A stretch of 64,000 nt of DNA from Candidatus Poribacteria bacterium. Its GTDB lineage: Bacteria; Poribacteria; WGA-4E; WGA-3G. The notes below the pieces were generated by a model, which worked only from the letters and a program-made list of their open reading frames with translations, ran no database searches and was not told the origin of the DNA. Shown here in pieces: positions 39,186 to 49,039 of this stretch (the stretch's first letter is position 1; every line of letters starts with the position of its first letter). The stretch covers positions 203,039 through 267,038 of the forward strand of contig CBDCOJ010000031.1 of NCBI GenBank assembly GCA_965219695.1. Reading direction: 5' to 3'. Made by a program: the position numbers and the translations under genes.

Positions 39186-39734
39186 ATGGCAACCAGAGGC
39201 GCGCAAACATTTCTGACACCAGAGGAATACATCACTTTAGAACGTAAAGCAATCCCTGACGCTGAAACAGTCAGAAGTGAATATGTGAATGGTAAAATAA
39301 TTGGGATGTCCAGCTCCAACCTTTCACATAATCTGATTACAGGAAATATTGCTGCTGAACTTCACACTCAGCTGAAAAGTAGCAGATGTGCAGTCCTAAT
39401 GAACGAAATGCGTGTCAGTATTCCTTCGGCAAAATGCTATCTTTATCCTGATGTTGTTGTCACTTGTGAAGATCCTCGATTTGAAGATGATGTTTTTGAC
39501 ATACTCCTCAACCCAATTGTCATTGTAGAAGTGCTTTCCCCCACAACTGAAGCGTATGATAGAGGTAAAAAATTTTCGCACTACCGGCAGATTGAATCCT
39601 TGCAAGAATACATCGTCGTCTCCCAAGACAAGGTGAACGTTGAACGTTACCTCCGAAAACCGGATGAGTGGAGTATAATCTTCTTCCAAGAACTTACGCA
39701 GCAAGTTACACTTACTTCCATTGAGTGTGAATAG
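39186..39734 (+). CDS. Uma2-family (DUF820) endonuclease
   Basis: Paralog of 21843..22430 (YPDVVVTCEDPRFED..IVEVLSPTTEAYDR). Confidence 0.7.
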   Translation: MATRGAQTFLTPEEYITLERKAIPDAETVRSEYVNGKIIGMSSSNLSHNLITGNIAAELHTQLKSSRCAVLMNEMRVSIPSAKCYLYPDVVVTCEDPRFEDDVFDILLNPIVIVEVLSPTTEAYDRGKKFSHYRQIESLQEYIVVSQDKVNVERYLRKPDEWSIIFFQELTQQVTLTSIECE

Positions 39735-39893
39735 CCTTTACAGGAAATATACGAGCGTGTTACATTCCCTGAATAGAACTGATACTAAATAAACATGGCT
39801 CAGGAGAGCACTTAATCATTTGCGTCCGAAGTTTTTACTTTCCTTTCATATTATATTGCCTCCACCCGCAAATCATGCTAAAATACCGATAGC

Positions 39894-41276
39894 ATGAACC
39901 AACACGATTTAAAACGTCCGCATCAAGAATTCCGTTCCCTTCTTGGAACACGATTCAGCACAGACAGTGCTATCCGAAAGGCACACGCACAGGATGCTTC
40001 CTATCACCAAGTTGCACTACCTGATGCTGTTGCCTTTCCAAAAACCAACGATGAAGTTTCTGATATTGTTAAAATCTGTGCGAAGTATAGTATACCGATA
40101 ATCCCTTACGGCACAGGCACCGGTGTTGAAGGAGCAGTCGTTGCAACTGAAGGGACACTCTGCATCTCTTTAAACGAAATGAACCGCATCCTCAGTGTCA
40201 ATGAGAACGACAGAGATGTTATTGTTCAAGCAGGCGTAACGCGTTTGCAATTAAACAAACACCTTGTCGAACTTGGGACGGAACTGCATTTTCCTGTTGA
40301 TCCAGGTGCGGATGCCTCATTAGGTGGAATGGCAGCAACACGCGCTTCAGGCACAAGTGCTGTCTGCTACGGCACCATGCAGGACAACGTTCTTGGCTTA
40401 GCCATTATTATTGCTGATGGCACACTTGTCCGGACCGGTAGTAGAGCGCGAAAATCCGCTGCAGGGTACGATTTGACACGTCTTTTCATTGGTTCAGAAG
40501 GCACACTGGGAATCATCACTGAAATTACACTCAAATTAGCGCGGTTACCGGAAGCAGTCGCCTCCGCTGTTAGTGCTTTTCCAACCGTGGATGCCGCAGT
40601 AAACACCGTAATTGAGCTGATAGGTGCGGGTATTCCTATCGCTCGCATAGAACTGTTAGATGAACTTCAGATGGATGCAGTCAATAAATATTCCGGATTA
40701 TCTTATGAAGTTGCCCCGACACTCTTCTTTGAATTTCACGGATCGGCTAACACTGTTGCCGAAAGTTCAAAGGTTGCTGGTAAAATCGCATCAGCACATG
40801 GAAGTAGCAATTTTCAATGGGCGACAGACGAAACTGACCGTAGACGGCTCTGGCAAGCCCGATATGATAGTTACTACGCTGCGCTCAACCGACGTCCTGG
40901 CTCCGTAGGGTATGTTACTGATGTATGTGTTCCCATTTCTCGACTCGCTGAGTGTATCACAAAAACAAAGACATTGCTTCAAAGTTCCAACCTCAGTGCA
41001 TCTATACTTGGTCATGTCGGTGACGGTAATTTCCACGTTGTTTTTCCGCTTGAACCAGGGAATAAAGATGAATTGGCAGAAGCACAGCGAATCAGCAATC
41101 AGATTGTAGACATCGCATTGAAAATGGATGGCACTTGCACTGGCGAACACGGGATCGGTATCGGCAAACGGGCAGCATTAGAGAAAGAGCATGGAGAAGC
41201 AGTTGACTTAATGCGTGCCATCAAGCATGCCTTGGATCCACAAAACCTAATGAATCCGGGCAAAATCTTCTTGTAG
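39894..41276 (+). CDS. FAD-linked oxidase (GlcD / D-lactate dehydrogenase family)
   Basis: An FAD_binding_4 N-terminal domain (PIIPYGTGTGVEG) and a C-terminal FAD-oxidase domain. 460 aa. Confidence 0.8.
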   Translation: MNQHDLKRPHQEFRSLLGTRFSTDSAIRKAHAQDASYHQVALPDAVAFPKTNDEVSDIVKICAKYSIPIIPYGTGTGVEGAVVATEGTLCISLNEMNRILSVNENDRDVIVQAGVTRLQLNKHLVELGTELHFPVDPGADASLGGMAATRASGTSAVCYGTMQDNVLGLAIIIADGTLVRTGSRARKSAAGYDLTRLFIGSEGTLGIITEITLKLARLPEAVASAVSAFPTVDAAVNTVIELIGAGIPIARIELLDELQMDAVNKYSGLSYEVAPTLFFEFHGSANTVAESSKVAGKIASAHGSSNFQWATDETDRRRLWQARYDSYYAALNRRPGSVGYVTDVCVPISRLAECITKTKTLLQSSNLSASILGHVGDGNFHVVFPLEPGNKDELAEAQRISNQIVDIALKMDGTCTGEHGIGIGKRAALEKEHGEAVDLMRAIKHALDPQNLMNPGKIFL

Positions 41277-41344
41277 GAGCGGTTTCCAACCGCGATTTAA
41301 AAAATAGCGAATTATAAAATAAATACAACGTATCTCATAAATAG
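41273..41344. repeat. REP-like repeat copy (gtaggagcggtttccaaccgcga ... gtatctcataaatag) overlapping the stop codon of the FAD-oxidase gene and lying 83 bp upstream of the IS5 transposase start
   Basis: Same sequence modules as the MITE-like element at 9634-9780. Confidence 0.45.
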
Positions 41345-41426
41345 TGGATGTTTGAAAATAAGACTTTTAAAAAGTAACGATCTCTGTTAAACTTTTGAAA
41401 AAATCTGAAAGTTAGGAGATGGTTGA

Positions 41427-42000
41427 ATGGAACTAAGCGATAAAGAATGGAAATCATTGAACCCTTATTCCCTGAACTTCCTTCAGGTAAGCGCGGTAGA
41501 CCTTGGCGTGGTCATAGAGAGGTTTTAGAAGGGATACTCTGGGTGTTGCGGACGGGAGCACCTTGGCAGGATTTACCGAAAGCGTATCCCCCCTACCAAA
41601 CGTGTCATCCTCGTTTCCAGCAATGGTCTATGGATGGCACAATAGAAAAAGTGCTAACAAGGATCACAGAAATACTTAAGAAACGCCGCCACCTGAATAT
41701 GAGTGAGTGTAGCATTGATGCGAAGTTCGTTGCGTCTAAAAAAGGGGAGTTTGTGTAGGCAAGACGAAGTGTGGCAAAGGCTCCAAGTTGGTAGCGATTA
41801 CAGAAAAGCGAGGCAGACCGATAAGTGTTCTGATTTCGAGCGCATCCTTCCATGAAATAGGTCTGGTTGAACCTGCATTGGATGCGTGTTGGACATCGGC
41901 AACACCTGCAGTGTTGATAGAAGACAAAGCGTATGACTCGGATCCCTTAGATGCGTCGTTGCGGTGTCGGGGTGTTGAAATGGTATCGCATAGGTGTTAA
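41427..42000 (+). mobile_element. IS5-family (ISL2-like) transposase gene, 3'-truncated and interrupted by two 1-nt homopolymer indels
   Basis: MELSDKEWK|IIEPLFPELPSGKRGRPW...ILWVLRTGAPWQDLP is a typical IS5 N-terminus. Frame changes fall at the A3 run 41451-41453 and the G4 run 41744-41747; adding one base at each restores the conserved KKGG..VGKTKCGKGSKL. The gene ends abruptly after ..RCRGVEMV at 42000, where the IS4 fragment begins. Confidence 0.6.
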
Positions 42001-42001
42001 C

Positions 42002-42754
42002 TTAAGTATTTTCAGCATTCTTTAGTTGCCTGTAGGTTGTATGCTTTCCTGCTCTATGTTTTCCATAATCGCTGTATTGTAAATCCTGTTTTATATATCT
42101 AAGTGTTCTATAAAAAGCTGTTTTAGATTTGTGAAAACTCATTGTGAGTGTGCGTGCGTGCCTCCCAATAAGTCTTGCTGTTTTGATGAGATCGTGTAGT
42201 ATACATTTCCATCCAGTTGCTAACATAATCCAGTGTCTTATCAGTTGTGCGATGAGTTTAGCATACACCTCACATAAGATACGCGCAGGTTTGGTGCTTT
42301 TGGATGTATTCACCTTACCAACGCTTTTGAAGGATTTAAACATCAACTCAATTTGCCATCGGATCCCAGCGATGGTAGCAACTTGTTCTGGGGTAAGTCG
42401 TTTCGTATCGATATTTGTAATGTAGATGTCCCAACCAGCAAGTTGTAATCGTTGTTGTGAGGGTGTTCGCCATCTGCGTTTGGCATCGCGTCTGATGTAT
42501 CGGCGACGCTTGTTTGTCTCTTGCTTGGAACATCGCAGCGCAACAAGGCGTGCTGACAGGCGTTTCTTCGCTCCAACGAAGCAGTTATGGTCTATCGTAT
42601 CTAAGTTTGTTGCTTTGAGGTGCTTATACAAGCAGAAAGGTTCTCCTTGTTTATTATAGAGTTTACAGTCTACTTTCAATCTTGTTATCCACAAGACACC
42701 TGTTTGTGCCAGTTTTTCAAACGCGTCAAGCGAGAAATAGCTGAGGTCTGCCAA
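42002..42754 (-). mobile_element. IS4-family (DDE_Tnp_1) transposase, C-terminal fragment lacking its N-terminus
   Basis: The C-terminal signature ..IAGIRWQIELMFKSFKS.. (the YREK region of IS4/IS5 DDE transposases) is present. A start codon and N-terminal DDE region are missing. Confidence 0.6.
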
Positions 42755-42899
42755 GCGTAAACTCCCAGCGGGGAGCGTTTCAAACGCCTTTTCTGCCGTG
42801 CTATCGGCAGTTAAGTCATCCGTTTTTCAATTGCTTGACGGGTGACACGCTGCGGGTTTCGTTCCTCAACCCAACCTACGAACTTTTTACATAAGCGAC

Positions 42900-43919
42900 C
42901 TATGGTCGTCTTCCAAGAACAGGATACGCCGGATCATTATACCCTTTACCGGTATGCTCTCCAGGCGGCACTAACTGATCAATTGCTTTTTCATCATCCT
43001 CTGTTATCGCGCAATCTAAACATCCTAAATTATCCTCTAACTGTTCCATTGTGCGGGGACCTATGATGACAGACGTAATGGTCGGATTAGCTAACACCCA
43101 TGCTAATGCAAATTGTGTTAGTGTTTTGCCGTGTGCGTCTGCTAAAGGCATCAACTTTTGTGCCACTTCAAAACTTTCTTCGCGAAGTTCAGTCTGTAAT
43201 ATTCGTCTATCTTTGCGTGCTGCCCTTGACCCTTTAGGTGGCTTTTTGCCGGGTAAATATTTGCCGGACAACACGCCACGCGCCAATGGACTATAAGGCA
43301 CGACACCGACACCGTACTTTTGGCAAAATGGCAGTAGTTCTACTTCAATATCGCGATTCACAATGTTATAGAGCGGTTGAACACACACAAATTCCTCTAA
43401 TCCTTGTTGCTTGCTTGTCCAGAGTGCCTCACATACCCGCCACGCCTCAAAGTTGGAACAGGCAATATAACGAACCTTGCCCTGCCGCACGCAATCATCA
43501 AGGGCACGTAGAGATTCCGCAATTCGCGTGGATGAATCCCAACGGTGAAGATAATAGACATCAATATGGTCAGTGCCGAGACGTTTAAGGCTTGCTTCAA
43601 CTGCAGACAAGATATGAAATCGGTGCGAACCACTCTCGTTGACATCATCACCCATTGAACCGTGCCCTTTCGTAGCAATAACCCACTTTTCCCGGTTTTC
43701 ACTAATAGCCTTCCCAATAACTCGCTCAGATTCGCCTGTGTTATAGACATTGGCTGTATCAAGAAAGTTAATACCCGCATCCATTGCACGGTGAATGATA
43801 CGAATGGAATCCTTTTCGTTTGTTGGTCCCCCGAACATCATTGTACCAAGACAGAGTGGCGATACCTTCACGCCTGCACGTCCAAGTGTCCTATATTCCA
43901 TATCCGATCCCCTTTCCAA
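42900..43919 (-). CDS. Aldo/keto reductase family oxidoreductase
   Basis: AKR motifs: LDTANVY, GHGSMGDD, and the IACSNFEAW catalytic region. 339 aa. Confidence 0.85.
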   Translation of the reverse strand: MERGSDMEYRTLGRAGVKVSPLCLGTMMFGGPTNEKDSIRIIHRAMDAGINFLDTANVYNTGESERVIGKAISENREKWVIATKGHGSMGDDVNESGSHRFHILSAVEASLKRLGTDHIDVYYLHRWDSSTRIAESLRALDDCVRQGKVRYIACSNFEAWRVCEALWTSKQQGLEEFVCVQPLYNIVNRDIEVELLPFCQKYGVGVVPYSPLARGVLSGKYLPGKKPPKGSRAARKDRRILQTELREESFEVAQKLMPLADAHGKTLTQFALAWVLANPTITSVIIGPRTMEQLEDNLGCLDCAITEDDEKAIDQLVPPGEHTGKGYNDPAYPVLGRRP

Positions 43920-43924
43920 ATGCG

Positions 43925-44656
43925 TTACGCCATCCGAATGCCGCCATTTACATCCAGTGTTGCACCAGTGATGTACTGTCCTTCTTCCGAGGCGAGGAAA
44001 AGGATAACATTCGCAACCTCTGAGGGGTCTGCGACACGCCCCAACGGAATCTGGTCTGTCATATCTGGGTGGTTTTTTGCCATCTCTGTCGCTGCGATCC
44101 CTGGTGCAATAGAGTTGACCGTAATGCCGTACTCACCTAAAACCCTTGCGAACGATTTTGTCAGGCACATCACACCCGCTTTTGAGGCGGAATAAGGCGC
44201 AGATGCGACTAAACCGCCCACCTGTCCTGCTAAAGAACCGAGGTTGATGATACGCCCAAACTTTTGGGATTTCATCGTCTCCATAACCGCCTGGGAACAG
44301 AGAAAGGGACCTTTGAGGTTCACAGCCATCATCCTATCCCACTCCACTTCGGTGCACGCGTCTATGCGGGTATAACTGAAAATACCAGCGTTGTTAACCA
44401 AAACATCAACCCGTCCAAATTCTTCAAGTGTTTTGTTTACCATTGCATGCACGGATTCACCATCAGCAACATCCGTTTCAATCACGATGCATTGTCTATC
44501 AAGTGCGGTTATCTCTTTTGAAACCGCCTCAGCATTCGCCATGCTTACTTCAGGAATGACAATATCTGCTCCTTCTTTGGCAAATGCAAGACAGGTTGCT
44601 CTGCCAATGCCGCCACCTCCTCCTGTCACAATCGCAACGCGTCCATCCAACCGCAT
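43925..44656 (-). CDS. Short-chain dehydrogenase/reductase (FabG-like 3-oxoacyl-ACP reductase family)
   Basis: TGGGGGIG Rossmann motif, NNAG, and the catalytic YSASKAG. 243 aa. Confidence 0.85.
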   Translation of the reverse strand: MRLDGRVAIVTGGGGGIGRATCLAFAKEGADIVIPEVSMANAEAVSKEITALDRQCIVIETDVADGESVHAMVNKTLEEFGRVDVLVNNAGIFSYTRIDACTEVEWDRMMAVNLKGPFLCSQAVMETMKSQKFGRIINLGSLAGQVGGLVASAPYSASKAGVMCLTKSFARVLGEYGITVNSIAPGIAATEMAKNHPDMTDQIPLGRVADPSEVANVILFLASEEGQYITGATLDVNGGIRMA

Positions 44657-44850
44657 CTATGTTTCTCCTTTACCAATTTTTATTGTAGTGAGTGCAGGCT
44701 AATTTGAAACTCTCCCTACGCTCTTTTTACTTGCAAATCTATTGTAATTGTTGTAACATGTGAACATTATCACACGTATTCTGCAAAAAGTCAATATCTG
44801 CACAATGGAAAGGGTGTGTAAAGTTTTGGTTATTAACCCGAATATATTTT

Positions 44851-44902
44851 GTAGGAGGGAACTCCGATTCCCGACAGTTCGCGATTCGGAGATCGCTCCT
44901 AC
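44851..44902. repeat. 52-bp palindromic REP-like repeat, near-identical to 9681-9732
   Basis: gtaggagggaactccgattcccgacagttcgcgattcggagatcgctcctac differs by 3 positions from the copy inside the MITE-like element. A half copy on the opposite strand lies at 49938-49953. Confidence 0.55.
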
Positions 44903-44970
44903 AAGTTTTATCTGCATATTTCTACAAAAACTTTACATACCCCAATGGAAAACGGTATAGAGGTTAAACC

Positions 44971-45978
44971 ATGAAAACGACTGCAACTTGGAATCTGCTA
45001 AAGTTACTTTTGGTGTTAGGGGTTATCTGTAGTTTCACATTTACAGCATACGCACAGAATTATTATCCTGCTACTATAGGTAACGAATGGGTTTTAGAGA
45101 GTACTAATGGTAAACAGAGACAGACTTACACACTTGAGAAACCCGAAGACTTTGCCGATCAGGAATTTATCCTTCTGAAAATCGCAACTGAAGCGGTCCA
45201 GCAGGGCAAGGTTATTGACACGGACAAGTATTTTGTGACGGTTGACAATGAAGGAATCAAACTCCATAAAACTGCCTTACAACAAACCATTGGTGCTACT
45301 GTGGCAACTGCGGCAGCGAATTTTCCAACACCGGTTACTTTTTTTCCTAAAGTATTAGTTCAAGGGGATAAGTGGAATATAGTGGCGGATACGACAATCC
45401 TTGGACTCCCTATAAAAACCAATACCAATTTAGAGATTATAGGATTTGAGGACATCGTAACACCAGTCGGAACATTTCAGAATTGCGCTAAAATTGCTTT
45501 AACAGTTTCAATTACAAGTGCGGTTCTGAACCTTGCCCCAACAACCTCCTATCAGTGGTTAGCACCTAATGTTGGTCCTATTAAATATGAAACCAGCGAT
45601 GGAATGGTTTTTGAGGCAATTAGTTTCAAACTGCTCCCACCACCTGTCAGAGAAGCACAGAGTCCGCCCGTGTGGCAACTACCCTCTCTTGAGTTTCAAG
45701 TCACTGGATCGCGTGTTGGTGGAATACTCAATGCCAAGATACTTGAAAATGTTGAAGATTATGTATCTGAAGTGCACAATTTAGGAATTGTAGCCGTGAC
45801 TGGAGGAATTGTTCCGCCTGCGGATGGTACTGGTTTTGCCACAAATTTGGAAAGAAAACAAGATTTATGGGTTGCTGGAATCTTTGGGAATGCCCCTATC
45901 GTAGGCACAATAACGCTTTTTGCTGAAAATGATAAAGGTAGAACTCCAGTAACTATTAAGGTAACTATTGATAAATAA
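44971..45978 (+). CDS. Secreted protein, paralog A of a three-member family (shared N-terminal domain of unknown function; no C-terminal targeting domain)
   Basis: Signal peptide ending AYAQNYYPATIGNEWV. The first 200 aa align with 46371.. and 49040.. (conserved QNYYPTTIGN.WV, GIKLHK, TPAGTF.NC.KI, YQWLAPNVGPVK). Confidence 0.6.
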   Translation: MKTTATWNLLKLLLVLGVICSFTFTAYAQNYYPATIGNEWVLESTNGKQRQTYTLEKPEDFADQEFILLKIATEAVQQGKVIDTDKYFVTVDNEGIKLHKTALQQTIGATVATAAANFPTPVTFFPKVLVQGDKWNIVADTTILGLPIKTNTNLEIIGFEDIVTPVGTFQNCAKIALTVSITSAVLNLAPTTSYQWLAPNVGPIKYETSDGMVFEAISFKLLPPPVREAQSPPVWQLPSLEFQVTGSRVGGILNAKILENVEDYVSEVHNLGIVAVTGGIVPPADGTGFATNLERKQDLWVAGIFGNAPIVGTITLFAENDKGRTPVTIKVTIDK

Positions 45979-46128
45979 CCTTTACGGTATAAGGATCCGT
46001 AGATGACGATGCGGTTGTCGTCTTCTTAAATTGGTGATTATTGGACATATTTCGGCGATTTGTCTTGAAAAGGTATTCAAAAATTTGATAGAATATGAAT
46101 ACTAACACGCATCGTTTGGAAATTCAAT

Positions 46129-46332
46129 ATGGTAAATTGGAAAGTGATATTAGTTGTGATTGCCATAGGCATCCTCTTTATGGTGATCGGGATGTGGTTA
46201 GGATATCGGTACATATCGGAACAGGACGAAATCATCCCGAGGGCACAACATGAACCTTCTGATGCGTTAACCCCGCTCGTACTAGCACACCTACCAACAA
46301 AAAAATCTGCTGAGACGATGTTGCTTTTCTAA
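46129..46332 (+). CDS. Possible small membrane protein (67 aa, one TM helix)
   Basis: A hydrophobic stretch ILVVIAIGILFMVIGMWLGY. There is no strong RBS, and it sits between the paralogs. Confidence 0.3.
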   Translation: MVNWKVILVVIAIGILFMVIGMWLGYRYISEQDEIIPRAQHEPSDALTPLVLAHLPTKKSAETMLLF

Positions 46333-46370
46333 CATCGCTCAATTGTATTCTTGAAAAGGAGATTTGAATT

Positions 46371-48743
46371 ATGCAAACTACCAAACCAATGTCTTGGCTA
46401 AAACTGATATTGGTGCTAAGCCTTGTATGTAGTTTTTCGCTCACAGCCACAGCACAGGATTATTATCCGACAACAATCGGTAACACTTGGGTTTTCCTAA
46501 GCCAGGATGGTGCTGAAAGACGCACCTATTCTATTGAAGAATCTGATGTCGAAACTGATAAGGAAGCAGGAATCTTTATCCTGAAAATCGTTACAGAGAC
46601 TCTTGGGACAGAGACGGTTGATACCGATATATATTACATCTCTGATGATAACGGAGATTTGAAGCTGCATCGTACAAAACTGGATGAAGGTGCATTCGGT
46701 ATTGCAGCGGCAATGCTGGATCCGTCTGCTCTTTTCTTTCCTGCAGACTTGCCACTTGGACGCACATGGGATATCGTGACGGTAACAGAACTTGATTTGG
46801 TTGGTACAGCAACAACAACAAGCACTATAGAAGTTGAAAAAATTGAAGACGTTGAAACCCCAGCCGGAACATTTAAAAACTGCGTTAAACTCAAGATAGA
46901 GAGAAGAATCGTTACAGCTCTTGTAACCCTCCGCCCAATTTTGTACCAATGGTTGGCACCTGATGTCGGTCCTGTCAAATATCAAAACGATCAGGATATT
47001 GTGTATGAATTGGAAAGTTATAACTTAATTGAGGAAACGCCTGCAGTGGAAACACCTGCGGAACCAGAGACACCAGAAGAACCCGCAGTGGAAACGCCTG
47101 CGGAACCAGAGACACCAGAAGAACCCGCAGTGGTAACACCTGAAGTAATCCCGACACCTCCCGATCTGCCGCCAATTATTGGTGAGCACATGTTTGAGAT
47201 TACGTTAACTAATCTTACCACTGGTGAACCCGGGAAAGGTGGACAAATTTTTTCATCACCAATTTTTGCTACACACTTTAAAGCAGACAGTCTTGCTCCG
47301 GTCGGTCAACCAGCGGCTCCAGCACTTGTCGCACTTGCTGAAAATGGAGATGTCTCAGGGATATTAGAAATAGCAACTTCTATAGCGGCGAATACCGTTG
47401 TCGCAGACAACGTTGTCGTTCCCGGCGGCTCTGTTACCGTTAGGTTGAATGGTAATGTGTTAAACGCTACGCTCACAGTCGCTTCAATGTTAGTTTCAAC
47501 AAATGATGGATTCATCGCAGCATCAGGTGTGCCGCTTTTTGATGAAACCGGAATGCCAGTCTCAACGACGTTAGAGTTGATGGCTTACGATGCTGGTAGT
47601 GAAGATAATACAGAACTCGCGTCCGATATTCCGGGTCCACTCGGTTTAGATGCTGAAGCAGATCCCGAAGGTAGCAACGCGCGCGTTCCGACAGAAGGTG
47701 GTGTAATCACAGCACACCCTGGCATTCAAGGTGTTGGTGATGTGAGTGAAGCTTTTGCTTGGACTGAACCAACTGCGACGCTGACGATTACACCTGTTTC
47801 TGATGAAGAAATGCCAGAGCCAATCAAACCGAGTAGTTTTGATGTTGCACTTGAGTCGGGATTAAATATGATCTCTATCCCGCTGATGCCCGCAGAACCC
47901 TATACTGCAAAATCACTCGCTATGATGTTAGGAGCATCGGTTGTCATTAAATTAGACGCAGCAACGCAGCATTTAGTTGGTTATTCCTATGCTGAAGAGG
48001 GAGACGGTTTTGATATTGACGGTAGCAGCGGTTATATCGTGAATACCCCCGCAGGCGGTGTGTTCACGTTTACAGGGACTGCATGGCAAAACAAATCCGA
48101 TGACGCAGCTGCTGCACCTAAAGTCTCTACTGCTAAGGACGCGTGGGCATTTGTCATCACAAGTGCCTTGCAGGATAAGGAAAACGGAGCGACTTACACC
48201 GTTGTTGCTAAAAACCTACGCACAGGGGTTGTCGCTACCGAAAAGGTCGCCAATGAGAAAGCAAGCGTCTCTGCTGTTTGGGCAAATATGAATCGTAAAA
48301 GCGTCATTCAAGTGGGTGATAAACTTGAGATTGCCCTCCTTGACAAGCGGGGCACTATCGTGTCCGGTCCGTTCCAGCGTACTGTAACGACTTCAGATAT
48401 TCACAACGCATATCTGAGCGTGCAGATGCGTGTTGGTGACGTGCGTCCCAAGGAAACGATTCTCGGTCAGAATTTCCCAAATCCGTTCAACCCAGAGACC
48501 TGGATACCTTATCAATTGAGTCGCGACTCCAACGTAACGGTTCAGATTTATAATGTGTCCGGCAGTGCAGTTCGGACGCTAAACTTGGGTCATAAGTCAA
48601 TCGGCTCATATATAACGACTTCAACTGCAGCGTATTGGGATGGTAAGAATAGCGCGGGTGAACACGTTTCGAGTGGTATCTATTTCTATACCCTCCAAAC
48701 GGATAAATTTTCTGCTACCCGCCGAATGGTCATTCTGAAATAG
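46371..48743 (+). CDS. Secreted protein, paralog B: shared N-terminal domain, a (P-E-T-P-A-E)n linker, a large middle region, and a T9SS-type C-terminal sorting domain
   Basis: Signal peptide. A tandem PAVETPAEPETPEE repeat. The C-terminus QNFPNPFNPETWIPYQL...VQIYNVSGSAVRTLNLGHKS.G.Y....AAYWDGKNSAGEHVSSGIYFYTLQTDKFSATRRM matches Por_Secre_tail. Confidence 0.7.
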   Translation: MQTTKPMSWLKLILVLSLVCSFSLTATAQDYYPTTIGNTWVFLSQDGAERRTYSIEESDVETDKEAGIFILKIVTETLGTETVDTDIYYISDDNGDLKLHRTKLDEGAFGIAAAMLDPSALFFPADLPLGRTWDIVTVTELDLVGTATTTSTIEVEKIEDVETPAGTFKNCVKLKIERRIVTALVTLRPILYQWLAPDVGPVKYQNDQDIVYELESYNLIEETPAVETPAEPETPEEPAVETPAEPETPEEPAVVTPEVIPTPPDLPPIIGEHMFEITLTNLTTGEPGKGGQIFSSPIFATHFKADSLAPVGQPAAPALVALAENGDVSGILEIATSIAANTVVADNVVVPGGSVTVRLNGNVLNATLTVASMLVSTNDGFIAASGVPLFDETGMPVSTTLELMAYDAGSEDNTELASDIPGPLGLDAEADPEGSNARVPTEGGVITAHPGIQGVGDVSEAFAWTEPTATLTITPVSDEEMPEPIKPSSFDVALESGLNMISIPLMPAEPYTAKSLAMMLGASVVIKLDAATQHLVGYSYAEEGDGFDIDGSSGYIVNTPAGGVFTFTGTAWQNKSDDAAAAPKVSTAKDAWAFVITSALQDKENGATYTVVAKNLRTGVVATEKVANEKASVSAVWANMNRKSVIQVGDKLEIALLDKRGTIVSGPFQRTVTTSDIHNAYLSVQMRVGDVRPKETILGQNFPNPFNPETWIPYQLSRDSNVTVQIYNVSGSAVRTLNLGHKSIGSYITTSTAAYWDGKNSAGEHVSSGIYFYTLQTDKFSATRRMVILK

Positions 48744-48766
48744 ATATAGCTGCAAATTGTCTAAGC

Positions 48767-48846
48767 GAAACGCCTTGATTTTAAATGCAATCCATTAACC
48801 TAACAGATTGCACTAAGATGCCTAAATCAAGGCGTTTCCTTTTATA
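48767..48846 (+). terminator. Long-stem intrinsic terminator-like structure downstream of paralog B
   Basis: GCGAAACGCCTTGATTT ... AAATCAAGGCGTTTC (15-bp stem) with a nested hairpin, followed by CTTTTATAC. Confidence 0.4.
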
Positions 48847-49039
48847 CAGAACACCTCAGTGTTCAAGATAATACCATTTCTAAAAAATATCATTTTATTA
48901 TGAGATTTTGAATCGCACACTCAGGTGAAGAGTATAAGAGGCGCAATGAATTGCGCGACTACAAACGTATGTTTTGTTAATGATGAACCTTCATTTAGAA
49001 ATGGTATAACTTTGGGATATTTTACAGAAGGAGGATTAA

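Noticed and set aside
41447-42000. Programmed -1 ribosomal frameshifting in the IS5 transposase (orfA/orfB)
   Set aside because: Both frame breaks sit in short homopolymers (A3 and G4) with no slippery heptamer or pseudoknot. Adding one base at each restores motifs found in single-ORF ISL2-type transposases, so an indel artefact or decay is more likely.
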